Below, piece after piece: positions 1 through 9,835 of a stretch of 62,418 nucleotides of DNA (its first letter is position 1; every line of letters begins with the position of its first letter). Source of the DNA: Candidatus Saganbacteria bacterium (lineage in GTDB: Bacteria; Margulisbacteria; WOR-1; JAPLLA01). The notes below the pieces were generated by a model that worked only from the letters and a program-made list of their open reading frames with translations, searched no databases and had not been told where the DNA came from. Position numbers and translations under genes: made by a program. The stretch covers positions 56,715-119,132 of the forward strand of contig JAPLLA010000032.1 of NCBI GenBank assembly GCA_026387795.1. Direction: 5' to 3'.

Positions 1-62
1 GTGAAATTTTCGTTATAGCTCTCGATATATAGATGTCAGGGTTTTAACTATAGGGAAAAGCT

Positions 63-593
63 ATGAAAATTGTTGGACCAATAAAATTTTTAGGTGCCAA
101 TCTTATCCCTTTGTGTTTAAGGGGTAGGCAAGCGCAAAAAGCAAGGGTTTCAGTAGAACCTGCGATTGCTGAAGGAGCAGCGTGCACTCAGCCGCAAGGG
201 ATCCGTTTTAAAAGATGGCAATCCGACTGGGATCCGTCCGTTAGGCCGCACGTGGTAAAAAAAGTTTTAATAGTAAATGATGAGCCGCATAAGGTAAAAG
301 ACCAGGGGGATTTTTTTGTTTCACATAGTCCTGCAGCTGAAGTGGTTTATATGGGTGGTGGAGAAAGAGATTTTCTTGAAACAGCATTAAAAGCGGCCTT
401 TGACCTGATTTTAATGGACGGAGATTTAACTGTGGCTCAAGGGGTTTTGTTAATAAGGGAATTAAGGCAAAAAGGTTTCCAGGGTTTTATTGCTGCAGGC
501 TCTTCCAGTGAAAAGGAAAACAGGGCAATGAGAGATAATGGTGCGGATTTTACATTGGGTAGAGGCGTAGACCGTTTGGCGGAGTATTTTTAG
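63..593 (+). CDS. CheY-like receiver-domain protein, atypical
   Basis: 176-aa ORF. VLIVNDE / DLILMDGDL / FIAAGSSS fit the acidic pocket, phospho-acceptor Asp and Ser/Thr positions of a response-regulator receiver. There is no output domain and the conserved Lys is not evident. The stop abuts the next ATG. Confidence 0.5.
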   Translation: MKIVGPIKFLGANLIPLCLRGRQAQKARVSVEPAIAEGAACTQPQGIRFKRWQSDWDPSVRPHVVKKVLIVNDEPHKVKDQGDFFVSHSPAAEVVYMGGGERDFLETALKAAFDLILMDGDLTVAQGVLLIRELRQKGFQGFIAAGSSSEKENRAMRDNGADFTLGRGVDRLAEYF

Positions 594-1373
594 ATGTTAG
601 AAGGAAGTCTTTTATTCCACGATTTATGCGAACAAAACCCCAAACGTTTTAGTCCGGGGAAGCTGCTTAACCTGCATCAAGAAGTAGAAAGAGCCATGCG
701 GTTAAGATTGCGCCAAAAAGGCGGACCGGTTTTAAAACCTATTGATGCCCATGTTTTTCCCAAAGAGGAATACGCCAGAATTTTTGCTGCGCGTACTGGA
801 TGCAATCCCGCGGAAGTAGATCTTGACCGCTACGGAAGTTTTGCCTATACGGCAATGAAGGATAGAGTGCTTAGATGGCAGATTTTTCATAGTGCAGATG
901 CATTAAAAAAAGCCAACGAAGAAAAAGGGATTGCCGCAGGCAGGACTATGGTGCATGAGATTGGAGGCACTTTATATGGAGGGTTGGTTGAGTCTCATCT
1001 GCAAGGGGATGGGGTTGCCAATGATGACCAAGGAGTTAACCTTAACAGAATATCAGATTGGCAAGAAGAAATGATACTTGCGAATGAAGGATGGGCTTGT
1101 TTCTTGTCCCGGATGCCGTTTGATACTTTGGGTTTGTTTTCTATAGAAAGAAGGTTTTTAGAAGGAGATAGGCATCCTAGTGTAACGGCCGGAGTTGCAA
1201 ACCGCCACTTTTTTGTGGCATTGGCATTGGCAAAAACGGAAGTAGCATGGGGATTTGATGAAATGGCAAGGACCCTTATGCATACTCCTCCTGGTGAGCC
1301 GGGAGGTGGGCCGGTAAATGGAGTAATTTGGCCAGCCTTCGATCCCGTACGAAGCAATCAGCAGAGGTCGTAG
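594..1373 (+). CDS. hypothetical protein
   Basis: 259-aa ORF starting directly after the receiver ORF (TAG ATG). No motif I can assign; HEIGG is not a true HExxH. Confidence 0.5.
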   Translation: MLEGSLLFHDLCEQNPKRFSPGKLLNLHQEVERAMRLRLRQKGGPVLKPIDAHVFPKEEYARIFAARTGCNPAEVDLDRYGSFAYTAMKDRVLRWQIFHSADALKKANEEKGIAAGRTMVHEIGGTLYGGLVESHLQGDGVANDDQGVNLNRISDWQEEMILANEGWACFLSRMPFDTLGLFSIERRFLEGDRHPSVTAGVANRHFFVALALAKTEVAWGFDEMARTLMHTPPGEPGGGPVNGVIWPAFDPVRSNQQRS

Positions 1374-1391
1374 AGGGGCTGGATTTTTAGT

Positions 1392-3233
1392 TTAGATATC
1401 CAGTTCCAGTGCTTCTTCTTTTTCTTTTGTTACTTCTTCTTTATCTGCTTCTCTGCTTATAAATCCGTGTTCTTTTAAGTAGAAATACCACTTTATAAAC
1501 GAATCAATTACTATGATAGCTACCAAAACCAGCATGATCCCTGAAAGAAGCGCGTTTAAATTGCCGTGAAGGCTTCTTTGCGGCAGGTAGTTCTCAAAAA
1601 TATTTTCCAGGCTTGCAGTAACAGTTGTGGCCAGCATAAAAAGCATGGGGAGAAAGGTTATCAGCCCGTACCATTTGTTTTTATTACTTTTTAAGATGAT
1701 GGTTGTACCGATAACCAGAGCGGCGGTAGCAAGCAGTTGGTTAGCAACCCCAAACATTGGCCAGATAGTAGAAATTTCTCCATGGTAAAGCAGATACCCC
1801 CAGGCAAAAACTACCAGAGCGCTGGTTAAATTTATTCCGGGTATCCATTTCTGGTTCCCAATAGGTTTAAAAAACCGACCTAAGACATCTTGCATAATGT
1901 ATCTGGCAACCCTGGTCCCTGCATCAATTGTGGTTAGGATAAACAAGGCTTCAAACATGATTGCAAAGTGGTACCAGTAGCCCATCAAGTGTTTCATTCC
2001 TGGAATACCGGAGAAGATCTGTGCCATGCCTACTGCTAGAGATACTGCGCCTCCGGGCCTGCCAGTAATATTTTCCTGTACCATTTGAGAAAGTATGGGG
2101 AGGTTGGAGATTTGCATCCCAAGCTTGGCAAAAACCTCTGGTTTGCAGTTAATGGCAAAATAATCTCCAGGGATTAAAACTGTTGCTGCAATCAAAGCCA
2201 TAATTGCCACAAATCCTTCTACCAGCATTGCTCCATAACCGATCATCCGCATATCTTTTTCGTTGGAAATCATTTTTGGGGTAGTGCCTGAGGAGATCAA
2301 AGCGTGAAAACCAGAGATTGCACCGCAGGCAATGGTGATGCAGACAAAAGGCCAAACACGCCCTGGAATAATCGGTCCGCCGCCCATAATGAACGGCGTG
2401 ATCGCAGGCATTTTTAGTTCCGGATGTACAAAAAATATCCCGATTGCAAGAAGAGCAACTGTTCCAATCTTTAAATAGGAACTTAAGTAATCTCTGGGAG
2501 CTAAAAGAAGCCAAACCGGAAGCACAGAAGCAAAAAACCCGTAGATTGGCAGCATGATTGAGAGCTGTTGTTTGGAAAAAGTGAACGCTCCTGCTATTGG
2601 AGAACCCTGGATATAATATCCAAAAAAGACCCCGGCTAATAAGAGGATTGTTCCAATTATTGAAGCTTCGACTATTGCTCCTTTCCTGAGTACATACATA
2701 TATATACCGATGAAAATAGCAGCAGGAATGCTGACTCCAATGGCAAAAGTCCCCCAAGGACTTTCTGCTAAGGCGTTTACTACTACGATCGAAAGTCCGG
2801 CCAAAGCAGTGATAATTATGAAAAGTACTGCAATAGCAGTGGCAACCCCTGTGATTGGCCCAATGTAATCTCTGGCAATTTTATGCAGAGATAGTCCGTT
2901 GTGCCGCACTGAAGCAAAAAGGATGACGTAGTCATGCACTGCTCCTCCCAGCACCGCGCCGACAATAATCCAGATTGCGCCGGGAAGAAAGCCAAATTGT
3001 GCTGCGAGTACTGGTCCGATCAAAGGTCCAGCTCCTGCGATTGCAGCAAAGTGATGGCCAAAAAGGACCCATTTGTTGGTAGGGGAGTAATCATGGCCGT
3101 CATTTAGCTGGTTGGCTGGAGTGGTCCGATTGGGATCAAGCACCAAGACCTTGGTGGTTAGGAATACCGCATAGTAGCGATAAGCTAGAGCAAAAACACA
3201 TAGAGCAATAATTAAAAGTACTAATGCGTTCAT
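1392..3233 (-). CDS. cstA: carbon starvation protein A (CstA family transporter)
   Basis: 613-aa polytopic membrane ORF. The N-terminal region YRYYAVFL...[41 protein letters not shown] is the conserved CstA signature. Confidence 0.9.
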   Translation of the reverse strand: MNALVLLIIALCVFALAYRYYAVFLTTKVLVLDPNRTTPANQLNDGHDYSPTNKWVLFGHHFAAIAGAGPLIGPVLAAQFGFLPGAIWIIVGAVLGGAVHDYVILFASVRHNGLSLHKIARDYIGPITGVATAIAVLFIIITALAGLSIVVVNALAESPWGTFAIGVSIPAAIFIGIYMYVLRKGAIVEASIIGTILLLAGVFFGYYIQGSPIAGAFTFSKQQLSIMLPIYGFFASVLPVWLLLAPRDYLSSYLKIGTVALLAIGIFFVHPELKMPAITPFIMGGGPIIPGRVWPFVCITIACGAISGFHALISSGTTPKMISNEKDMRMIGYGAMLVEGFVAIMALIAATVLIPGDYFAINCKPEVFAKLGMQISNLPILSQMVQENITGRPGGAVSLAVGMAQIFSGIPGMKHLMGYWYHFAIMFEALFILTTIDAGTRVARYIMQDVLGRFFKPIGNQKWIPGINLTSALVVFAWGYLLYHGEISTIWPMFGVANQLLATAALVIGTTIILKSNKNKWYGLITFLPMLFMLATTVTASLENIFENYLPQRSLHGNLNALLSGIMLVLVAIIVIDSFIKWYFYLKEHGFISREADKEEVTKEKEEALELDI

Positions 3234-3289
3234 TTGGGGATTAATTTTAGCATAATTTTTATCTGTTTTTGCGTGTTATAATTAATAAT

Positions 3290-3799
3290 ATGTATAAGGC
3301 ACTCTTTTTGATTTTTATGACGATCGGGATCATTCTCTCTTCTTTTACTCCTTCTATGGCAGTACCAGTTGGCATAGGGATTAACCTCAATACAGAGACG
3401 TTGGCTTGGGGAGAAATTACACTGGGAGACGAAAAAAGGGTCTGTTTGGATTTTGTCTCATTTTCCAGTTCTACCCCAAATGAAACTGGATATTATTATC
3501 GTTTAAGCTATAAACAATTGATGGATGCTGTTCGTTACTGGGGAGTTGGCTATGGGGAAATCGGCGGGAGCGGAGGGTATGCAGCAATAAACCTTAGCCC
3601 GATTATTACTGCATATAGGGAAAAAAACATTACTGCTTTTTTGGGGATGGAAATTCCGATTGCGAGTAAAAGCTTTAGGTGGAACGTTGAGGGTGGGGCA
3701 GTGTATGCTTTTTCACAGGAATATGTTGGTTCAAACAAGAGGTCAAACAGTAGGATATTCTTAGCGACTGGATTAGGATGGTATGGTAATATTTTTTAA
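3290..3799 (+). CDS. small secreted beta-rich protein, possible outer-membrane protein
   Basis: The ORF track starts at 3269 (TTG); the ATG at 3290 gives MYKALFLIFMTIGIILSSFTPSMA, a signal-peptide-like start. The protein is Gly/Tyr/aromatic-rich and ends in GNIF, an OMP-like C-terminal Phe. Confidence 0.5.
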   Translation: MYKALFLIFMTIGIILSSFTPSMAVPVGIGINLNTETLAWGEITLGDEKRVCLDFVSFSSSTPNETGYYYRLSYKQLMDAVRYWGVGYGEIGGSGGYAAINLSPIITAYREKNITAFLGMEIPIASKSFRWNVEGGAVYAFSQEYVGSNKRSNSRIFLATGLGWYGNIF

Positions 3800-3820
3800 G
3801 GAATTTATGGTTGGCATATT

Positions 3821-4399
3821 ATGAGTAAAAAAATAATTCTAGCTTCTGCTTCGCCGCGCAGGAAAGAACTGCTTAGAAAAATAGTAAAAAAGTTTACTAT
3901 TATGGAAAGTATGGTGGACGAGTCAGCTATTTCTGCAAAAACCCCCGAACAATTTGCTGTTTCTACTGCCACAGCCAAAGCCAAGGATATAGCCGGGAAG
4001 GTTAAAAATGCATTGGTAATTGGAGGAGACACAATTGTGGTTTTGGATCATAAGATTTTGGGCAAACCAAAATCAAAAAAAGAAGCGATAAAAATGCTTA
4101 CTGCACTTTCCGGCAGGACCCACACAGTTATTACCGGGCTTGCGGTTGTAGATTCGGATACGCTTAAGGAAATCACTGATTCAGAAATTACAAAGGTAAC
4201 AATGAAGAAGCTGTCGGCTAAAGCGATTGTGGAATATGTGGAAAGCGGTGCTCCTATGGATAAAGCCGGATCTTACGGTATCCAGGAAATAGAGGCGCAA
4301 TTTATTGCCAGTGTAGATGGAGATTACGATAATGTAGTAGGGCTTCCTATAGAAAGGCTTTCTAGAATGCTTCATTCTTTTGGCGTTGACCGCCGCTAA
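3821..4399 (+). CDS. maf: Maf-like nucleoside triphosphate pyrophosphatase
   Basis: KIILASASPRRKELL ... GGDTIVVLDHKILGKP ... AGSYGIQE are typical Maf family motifs. Confidence 0.9.
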   Translation: MSKKIILASASPRRKELLRKIVKKFTIMESMVDESAISAKTPEQFAVSTATAKAKDIAGKVKNALVIGGDTIVVLDHKILGKPKSKKEAIKMLTALSGRTHTVITGLAVVDSDTLKEITDSEITKVTMKKLSAKAIVEYVESGAPMDKAGSYGIQEIEAQFIASVDGDYDNVVGLPIERLSRMLHSFGVDRR

Positions 4400-4460
4400 G
4401 CTCCTTTTTAGCAAAAATCTCCAAGACATTAAATAAAGGAAGTAGTATTATTAGCCCAAC

Positions 4461-5615
4461 ATGGTAATGTTTTTTAAACGAATACTTTTTGTCCTCTTAA
4501 TATTTTTATTTGCTTTTAGCCTTCCTTGTTTTGCCTACCAAAAAGTAGAATTAGATTTAGGGTTAATGACTCCTTGGCCTTCGTTTTCTACTTTAGCCAA
4601 TCGCAGATTAGCATACCAACAAGATAATTATTACCTTATACAACGTGAAATTGGTTCGCTTCTATATAATTCCAACGATAGCTGGCAGCTGGCATTGGCC
4701 TACGATACAAAAACAAAATGGAATGGCTTTGATTTCTATCCTGGCCTAGCTTTGTCCAGGTCTATCCCTACTCCGAGCATTGCCTTGTCACCAATGGTTT
4801 ACATTTCTAAGCCCGCGCTCTTTAATTTTTTTGGTGATTGGGACCTGCAGTCCGATGTATATGCTTTTTCCGATGGGGCAAGCGGCTGGTTTGCGTTAAA
4901 CAATAAGGTTAAGCTGTGGGGCTATGATTTTCGCTGGTCCCCTTTAGGTGGGTTTATTAATATGAAGTACCAAAACTTTAGTTTCTCTTATTGCTTAAAT
5001 TTTTCTGCAGGTATGACAGCAGGATGCTCTACTAATCCTTTCTTAAATAACCCGTTATTTTCTACGGACGAATCGTCAATAATGGTTTCTGCCCCTTTTT
5101 ACAATACTGCGGAAGCAACATGGCTAAGCAGTTTGTTTAGAAGTCCTATAGTTTCTCCTACTGGGAACATACATCTTGGTGTTGATATTAGAATGGTGAA
5201 TGGAGGGAGGGTCCGGGCAGTAGCAGCTGGGTTGGTTTCGTCTGTAACGGATGGGACAGATAGTGGAGGAGCAACTAAATTGGTTCACATTAAGCACAAT
5301 AAAAAATATACTACTTTATATACGTTTGAGCCGCTGCAAACACTATATGTGTCACAAGGAGACTATGTGCAAGCAGGACAACTTGTTGGGACGGTGGGGA
5401 TGCATGGGGCAGAGAATGGCGGGGTGCATTTTTCTGTAATTGCAAATGGAAGCATGGACAATTGCCCAATGATGTATTTTGATGCTGATGGAAGAAGAAT
5501 GTTTAGAGAGCTTTATAATTTACATCCTCAAACCGGACTGATTGACCCTTGTTATCAACATACTACCGCAGAAGGTTATTCTACAGGTTGCCCTTCTTTA
5601 TTTGGACAGCCGTAA
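4461..5615 (+). CDS. secreted two-domain protein with C-terminal LytM/M23-like domain (possibly non-catalytic)
   Basis: Signal peptide ending CFA|YQ and a beta-rich N-domain. The C-domain has HLGVD (HxxxD) and a VQAGQLVG core, but the HxH motif reads GVHFS (one His only). Confidence 0.7.
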   Translation: MVMFFKRILFVLLIFLFAFSLPCFAYQKVELDLGLMTPWPSFSTLANRRLAYQQDNYYLIQREIGSLLYNSNDSWQLALAYDTKTKWNGFDFYPGLALSRSIPTPSIALSPMVYISKPALFNFFGDWDLQSDVYAFSDGASGWFALNNKVKLWGYDFRWSPLGGFINMKYQNFSFSYCLNFSAGMTAGCSTNPFLNNPLFSTDESSIMVSAPFYNTAEATWLSSLFRSPIVSPTGNIHLGVDIRMVNGGRVRAVAAGLVSSVTDGTDSGGATKLVHIKHNKKYTTLYTFEPLQTLYVSQGDYVQAGQLVGTVGMHGAENGGVHFSVIANGSMDNCPMMYFDADGRRMFRELYNLHPQTGLIDPCYQHTTAEGYSTGCPSLFGQP

Positions 5616-5698
5616 TTTGGCGTTGACCGCCGCTAAAACCCTTTTTTAGGAAAAACTGCCAAGACATAGATAAAAAGAAGTAGTATTATTAGCCCAAC

Positions 5699-6268
5699 AT
5701 GGCAAGTTTTATTAAGCGAAAATTTCTTATCCCCTTGATGTTTTTGTTTGCTTTTAGTCTTCCCTGCTTTGCCTACCAGAAAGTAGAATTGGATTTAGGA
5801 TCAGCAACCCCTTGGCCCTCATATACATTTTTTGCTAATCACAGGTTAGCCTACCAACAGGATAATTATTATCTTATACAACGCGAAATTGGTTCGCTCA
5901 TATACAATTCTAACGATAGCTGGCAGTTGGCATTGGCTTATGATACAAAAACAAAATGGAATGGTTTTGATTTCTATCCAGGATTAGCCTTGTCCAGGTC
6001 TATTCCTACTCCAAGCATTGCCTTGTCCCCAATGGTTTACATTTCTAAACCAGCACTTTTTAATTTTTTTGGAGACTGGGATCTGCAGGCTGATGCATAT
6101 GCTTTTTCCGACGGAGCAAGCGGCTGGTTTGCGTTAAACAATAAGGTTAAGCTGTGGGGCTATGATTTTCGCTGGTCCCCTTTAGGTGGGTTTATTAATA
6201 TGAAGTACCAAAACTTTAGTTTCTCTTATTGCTTAAATTTTTCTGCAGGTATGACAATTTTAGGATAA
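5699..6268 (+). CDS. paralog of the N-terminal domain of 4461-5615, stand-alone secreted protein
   Basis: Collinear with residues 1-~185 of the upstream paralog. It is terminated by a TAA created within the 41-nt extra segment 6257-6297. Confidence 0.6.
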   Translation: MASFIKRKFLIPLMFLFAFSLPCFAYQKVELDLGSATPWPSYTFFANHRLAYQQDNYYLIQREIGSLIYNSNDSWQLALAYDTKTKWNGFDFYPGLALSRSIPTPSIALSPMVYISKPALFNFFGDWDLQADAYAFSDGASGWFALNNKVKLWGYDFRWSPLGGFINMKYQNFSFSYCLNFSAGMTILG

Positions 6269-6897
6269 TTTTTGTTTTAATAGTTGTTTTATTTATAGCG
6301 GGATGCTCTGCCAGCCCTTTTTTAAATAATCCCTTATTTACTACGGATGAGTCGTTAATAATGTTTTCCGCACCTTTTTACAGTACTGCAGAAGCAATAG
6401 AATTTGGTAGCTTATTCAGAAATCCTGGGGGATCTGCTGATGGGAGTCCGCATCTTGGCATTGATATCAGATTGGTGGTTGGGGGGAGAATCCGGGCAGC
6501 AGCAGCTGGGCTGGTTTCGTATGTAAAGGATGGTTCAGATAATGGAGGAGCAACAAAAATGGTTTACATTAGACACAATAAAAAATATACCACCATGTAT
6601 GTTTTTGAGCCGCTTCAAACACTCTATGTTGCGCAAGGAGACTATGTACAAGCGGGCCAGCTTATTGGCACAGCAGCATCAAGGCAGGGCCAGGCTATTG
6701 GGCAAGTTCATTTTACTGTAATGGCAAATGAAAGCATGGACAATTGCCCAATGATGTATTTGGATGCAGACGGAAGAAGGATGTTTAGAGAACTTTATAA
6801 TTTACACCCTCAAACCGGACTAATTGACCCTTGTTATCAACATACTACCGCAGAAGGTTATTCTACAGGTTGTCCTTCTTTGTTTGGACAGCCGTAA
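6229..6897 (+). CDS. paralog of the C-terminal LytM-like domain, predicted lipoprotein
   Basis: TTG start. The N-terminus ...RIIFVLIVVLFIAGCSAS is a positive-hydrophobic-lipobox (IAGC) pattern. The rest is collinear with the C-half of 4461-5615. Confidence 0.6.
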   Translation: MLKFFCRYDNFRIIFVLIVVLFIAGCSASPFLNNPLFTTDESLIMFSAPFYSTAEAIEFGSLFRNPGGSADGSPHLGIDIRLVVGGRIRAAAAGLVSYVKDGSDNGGATKMVYIRHNKKYTTMYVFEPLQTLYVAQGDYVQAGQLIGTAASRQGQAIGQVHFTVMANESMDNCPMMYLDADGRRMFRELYNLHPQTGLIDPCYQHTTAEGYSTGCPSLFGQP

Positions 6898-6950
6898 TGG
6901 AGTGGAAGTGGGAGAGGGTGCTATAATTACAGTAAGGAGTAAAGGTTTAT

Positions 6951-8231
6951 ATGCTTGATCCAAAACTGGTCCGCAATAATTACAAAGCACTGGAAGAAGC
7001 ACTTAAAGCCAGGGGGATGGACGTAACGCTGGCAAAGGCTTTTGTTGCGGCAGATGAGGAATGGAGAAAAATCCAGTCCGAAGCAGAAGATCTGCGCTCT
7101 AAGCAGAATAAATTAAGCGAGGAAGTAGCGGTACGCAAGAGAGAAAAACAAAATGCAGACGATCTGTTTGCGCAGCTTAAACAGATTTCTGCTCGAGTCA
7201 AAGAATTGCAGGAGAAAGCCAAAGAAGCAGAAGAAAAAGTAAAAAGCGTTGCAATGGTCCTTCCAAATATTCCTCACGTTTCTGTGCCTGTAGGAATTGA
7301 CAGCCGCGATAACCTGGAAGTTAGAAAATGGGGAGAACCAAAGCAGTTTGGTTTTAAGCCCAAAACCCACGATGAAATTGGAGTAGCACTTGGCATCCTT
7401 AATTTTGAACAAGGAGCCAAAGTCTCCGGTGCCCGTTTTGTTAATTTAGTGGGAATGGGTGCAAAACTTGAGCGAGCACTTATTAACTTCATGCTCGATG
7501 TTCACACCAAAGAACACGGTTACACGGAAGTAATGCCCCCGGCTTTGGTGAGTGGGGCAAGCATGACCGGTACAGGCCAGCTCCCTAAATTTGAAGAAGA
7601 ACTTTATAAATGCAAAGACGATGATTTATATCTTATTCCTACAGCAGAAGTTTGCGTTACAAACCTCCATCGCGAAGAAATTCTCCCGGGAGATATGCTT
7701 CCTATCAAATACGTGGCTTATACTCCCTGTTTTAGGAGAGAAGCCGGTTCTTACGGCAAGGATGTCAAAGGCTTGATCCGTTTGCATCAATTTAATAAGG
7801 TGGAAATGGTTAAGTTTACAGAGCCGGAAAATTCTTATCAGGAATTAGAAGCTTTAACAAATAATGCGGAAGCGATCCTCAAAAAGCTGGGCCTTCCATA
7901 CAGAGTGGTTGCTTTGTGTACGGGGGATTTGGGTTTTGGTTCCGCAAAAACATACGATATAGAAGTTTGGTTCCCTTCCGAAGGCCGCTACCGCGAAATT
8001 TCTTCCTGCAGCAACTTTGAAAGCTTTCAAGCACGCAGGGCCGAGATCCGCTTCAAAAAAGACGCGTCTTCCAAACCGGAATTTGTACATACTCTAAATG
8101 GTTCAGGGCTTGCTATTGGCCGCACTTTTGCTGCAATCCTGGAAAATTATCAAAATGAAGATGGCACGGTCAGAGTTCCGGATGTTTTAAAGCCGTATTT
8201 GGATAATTTGGATAAAATTACCGCAAATTAA
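6951..8231 (+). CDS. serS: seryl-tRNA synthetase
   Basis: 426 aa with an N-terminal coiled-coil arm and class II core motifs (TAEV...FRRE...GSGLA). Confidence 0.95.
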   Translation: MLDPKLVRNNYKALEEALKARGMDVTLAKAFVAADEEWRKIQSEAEDLRSKQNKLSEEVAVRKREKQNADDLFAQLKQISARVKELQEKAKEAEEKVKSVAMVLPNIPHVSVPVGIDSRDNLEVRKWGEPKQFGFKPKTHDEIGVALGILNFEQGAKVSGARFVNLVGMGAKLERALINFMLDVHTKEHGYTEVMPPALVSGASMTGTGQLPKFEEELYKCKDDDLYLIPTAEVCVTNLHREEILPGDMLPIKYVAYTPCFRREAGSYGKDVKGLIRLHQFNKVEMVKFTEPENSYQELEALTNNAEAILKKLGLPYRVVALCTGDLGFGSAKTYDIEVWFPSEGRYREISSCSNFESFQARRAEIRFKKDASSKPEFVHTLNGSGLAIGRTFAAILENYQNEDGTVRVPDVLKPYLDNLDKITAN

Positions 8232-8297
8232 ATTCTTTTTTCCTCGCAAGTTTTGCTGCCCTTATGCCGATTATATAGATGGAAGGGAGGACTAGAG

Positions 8298-8525
8298 GTG
8301 TTTGGTATAGAGGGTGTTTCTGAAAATAGAATAGGAAATCTTTATGACAATTTTTCTTCTGTAGGACCGGATCCTTCGACAGAAAAGTTTATTGATATTT
8401 TGCAGTCACATTTTGACCAGGCGCTAAATAAACTAGAAGAAATTTCTCCTGGTGTTTATACCACTAAAACCAATCCTGTTTATGCTGCTTACCAGAACTA
8501 CGGTAACAACGGTACGATTGCTTGA
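8298..8525 (+). CDS. small hypothetical protein
   Basis: The ORF track begins at 8253. The GTG at 8298 is preceded by GGGAGG at a 7-nt spacing. No recognisable motif. Confidence 0.3.
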   Translation: MFGIEGVSENRIGNLYDNFSSVGPDPSTEKFIDILQSHFDQALNKLEEISPGVYTTKTNPVYAAYQNYGNNGTIA

Positions 8526-8553
8526 AACTTTGATCCATAGAAACTATAATTAG

Positions 8554-8575
8554 ACCTCCTTACGGAGGTTTTTTT
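8554..8575 (+). terminator. intrinsic-terminator-like hairpin (ACCTCC-TTAC-GGAGGT plus T7)
   Basis: Perfect 6-bp stem, 4-nt loop and a T-run directly after the stop of the small ORF. The 3' arm GGAGG is also the only SD for the TTG start at 8577. Confidence 0.5.
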
Positions 8576-8576
8576 A

Positions 8577-8810
8577 TTGCCTACTTACGATTATAAATGC
8601 GAAAAATGCGGCCATCTGTTTGAAATTGAACAGCGCATTACAGAAGATCCGCTCAAATATTGTCCAAAGTGCAAAGGGAGCATCCGCCGCTTAATTAACC
8701 CTGTAGGGATTGTTTTTAAGGGATCGGGCTTTCACATTAACGATTATTCGAAGGATAGGAAGAGTACAGCGCCGCCTGCCAAAACCCCTACAACCCCAAA
8801 GAAAAAATAA
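8577..8810 (+). CDS. FmdB-family zinc-ribbon protein
   Basis: MPTYDYKCEKCGHLFE ... CPKCKG is the canonical FmdB/CxxC-CxxC small regulatory protein start. TTG start. Confidence 0.8.
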   Translation: MPTYDYKCEKCGHLFEIEQRITEDPLKYCPKCKGSIRRLINPVGIVFKGSGFHINDYSKDRKSTAPPAKTPTTPKKK

Positions 8811-8896
8811 TCTCCGTATAGTGAAATTATTTTTCATCCTCTACGATAAAGTTGTATTACAGAGGTATTCATTTTTAACTAATAAGGGAGCAATTA

Positions 8897-9835
8897 ATGG
8901 CGGATCTTATTGCAAAAGTCACACTCGGGGTTAGAAGAATTGCAGCCTCGGCTTATCCTAACCGTTTCCAAGCTGCTGCAGAGGCAGTAGGAAATCGACG
9001 TGAGCTTAGGCGAACATTGGGCCTAGCAGGCGGACAAAACAGTGCGGCCAGCAGAGAAGTAACCTTAAAAGAGCTTTTGGATATGGCAAAAAGAGGAAGA
9101 TGTGAAGATGCAGATAAAATGCTTCTTGCATATAAGACTTGTCCGGGAGGGCTTCCGGATATTTCCACTCCTGTTACATTGAGAATTGATCCAGGCCAGA
9201 CCCCTGATCAAGCTGCAGCGGAAACATTAAAAGAACGCACAAACTTGAGAAGAAGTTTAGGGCTTTCAATGTTCCCTTGTTTTAGCAGGGGAGTAGAACT
9301 GGACTTAAGAACGCTTTTATTAATGGCAGAAGCTGGAGCTTCTCCGGATGCCAAAAGTGTGATAAAGAGAGACCGAGTAATTCCCCTAAATCTTTCTGAT
9401 TTTGGGCTTCCCTTGAGTTTAAGGGAAGGAATGGCAGTCCTTTTAAAGAAGACCCCGCTAGTTGAGGCATTAGGTATTGCAGAAGGGCTTTTATTTTGCG
9501 GAGCAAGTAAACATGGCGCTATAGAAAGAGTTTCTCAAGTGGGAATGAGAAGGGTGCCGCAGGCGTTTCAATCCAGGTTTGGCTACAGCTTTAGCCTTGC
9601 TTATCCTACAGAGGTGCAGGCAAAAGAACTTGCGGCAAGATATGGCGGGACTACTTCTGGCCAGGAGCCCGATACTATTGGAGGCCATGGAATCCGACGC
9701 TTCTTTTTGGCAGATTCAAGACCAGTTGCTGATCCCAGATTAATCACCATGTGGTCTTTAGATCGGGGGGCAGTACAACTTTCAACTAATAAGGCGGTAA
9801 AGCCTTATAATGGGGTCGTTCTAGTTAAAGCTTAA
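8897..9835 (+). CDS. hypothetical protein with internal ~71-aa duplication
   Basis: Good RBS (AAGGGAG). Residues 26-96 and 106-176 align: AAAE..LRR(T/S)LGL..(V/L)(T/D)L(K/R)(E/T)LL.MA..G...DA...L(T/S)LR. Confidence 0.6.
   Translation: MADLIAKVTLGVRRIAASAYPNRFQAAAEAVGNRRELRRTLGLAGGQNSAASREVTLKELLDMAKRGRCEDADKMLLAYKTCPGGLPDISTPVTLRIDPGQTPDQAAAETLKERTNLRRSLGLSMFPCFSRGVELDLRTLLLMAEAGASPDAKSVIKRDRVIPLNLSDFGLPLSLREGMAVLLKKTPLVEALGIAEGLLFCGASKHGAIERVSQVGMRRVPQAFQSRFGYSFSLAYPTEVQAKELAARYGGTTSGQEPDTIGGHGIRRFFLADSRPVADPRLITMWSLDRGAVQLSTNKAVKPYNGVVLVKA

Larger units (their letters stand above)
4378..6897. repeat. diverged tandem duplication (unit 1 4378-5615, unit 2 5616-6897) of the LytM-domain gene plus the last 22 nt of maf
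   Basis: TTTGGCGTTGACCGCCGCTAA and the following leader, signal peptide and both domains recur. The copies are clearly diverged except for a 141-nt tract identical by eye (4878-5018 = 6116-6256). Confidence 0.9.
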
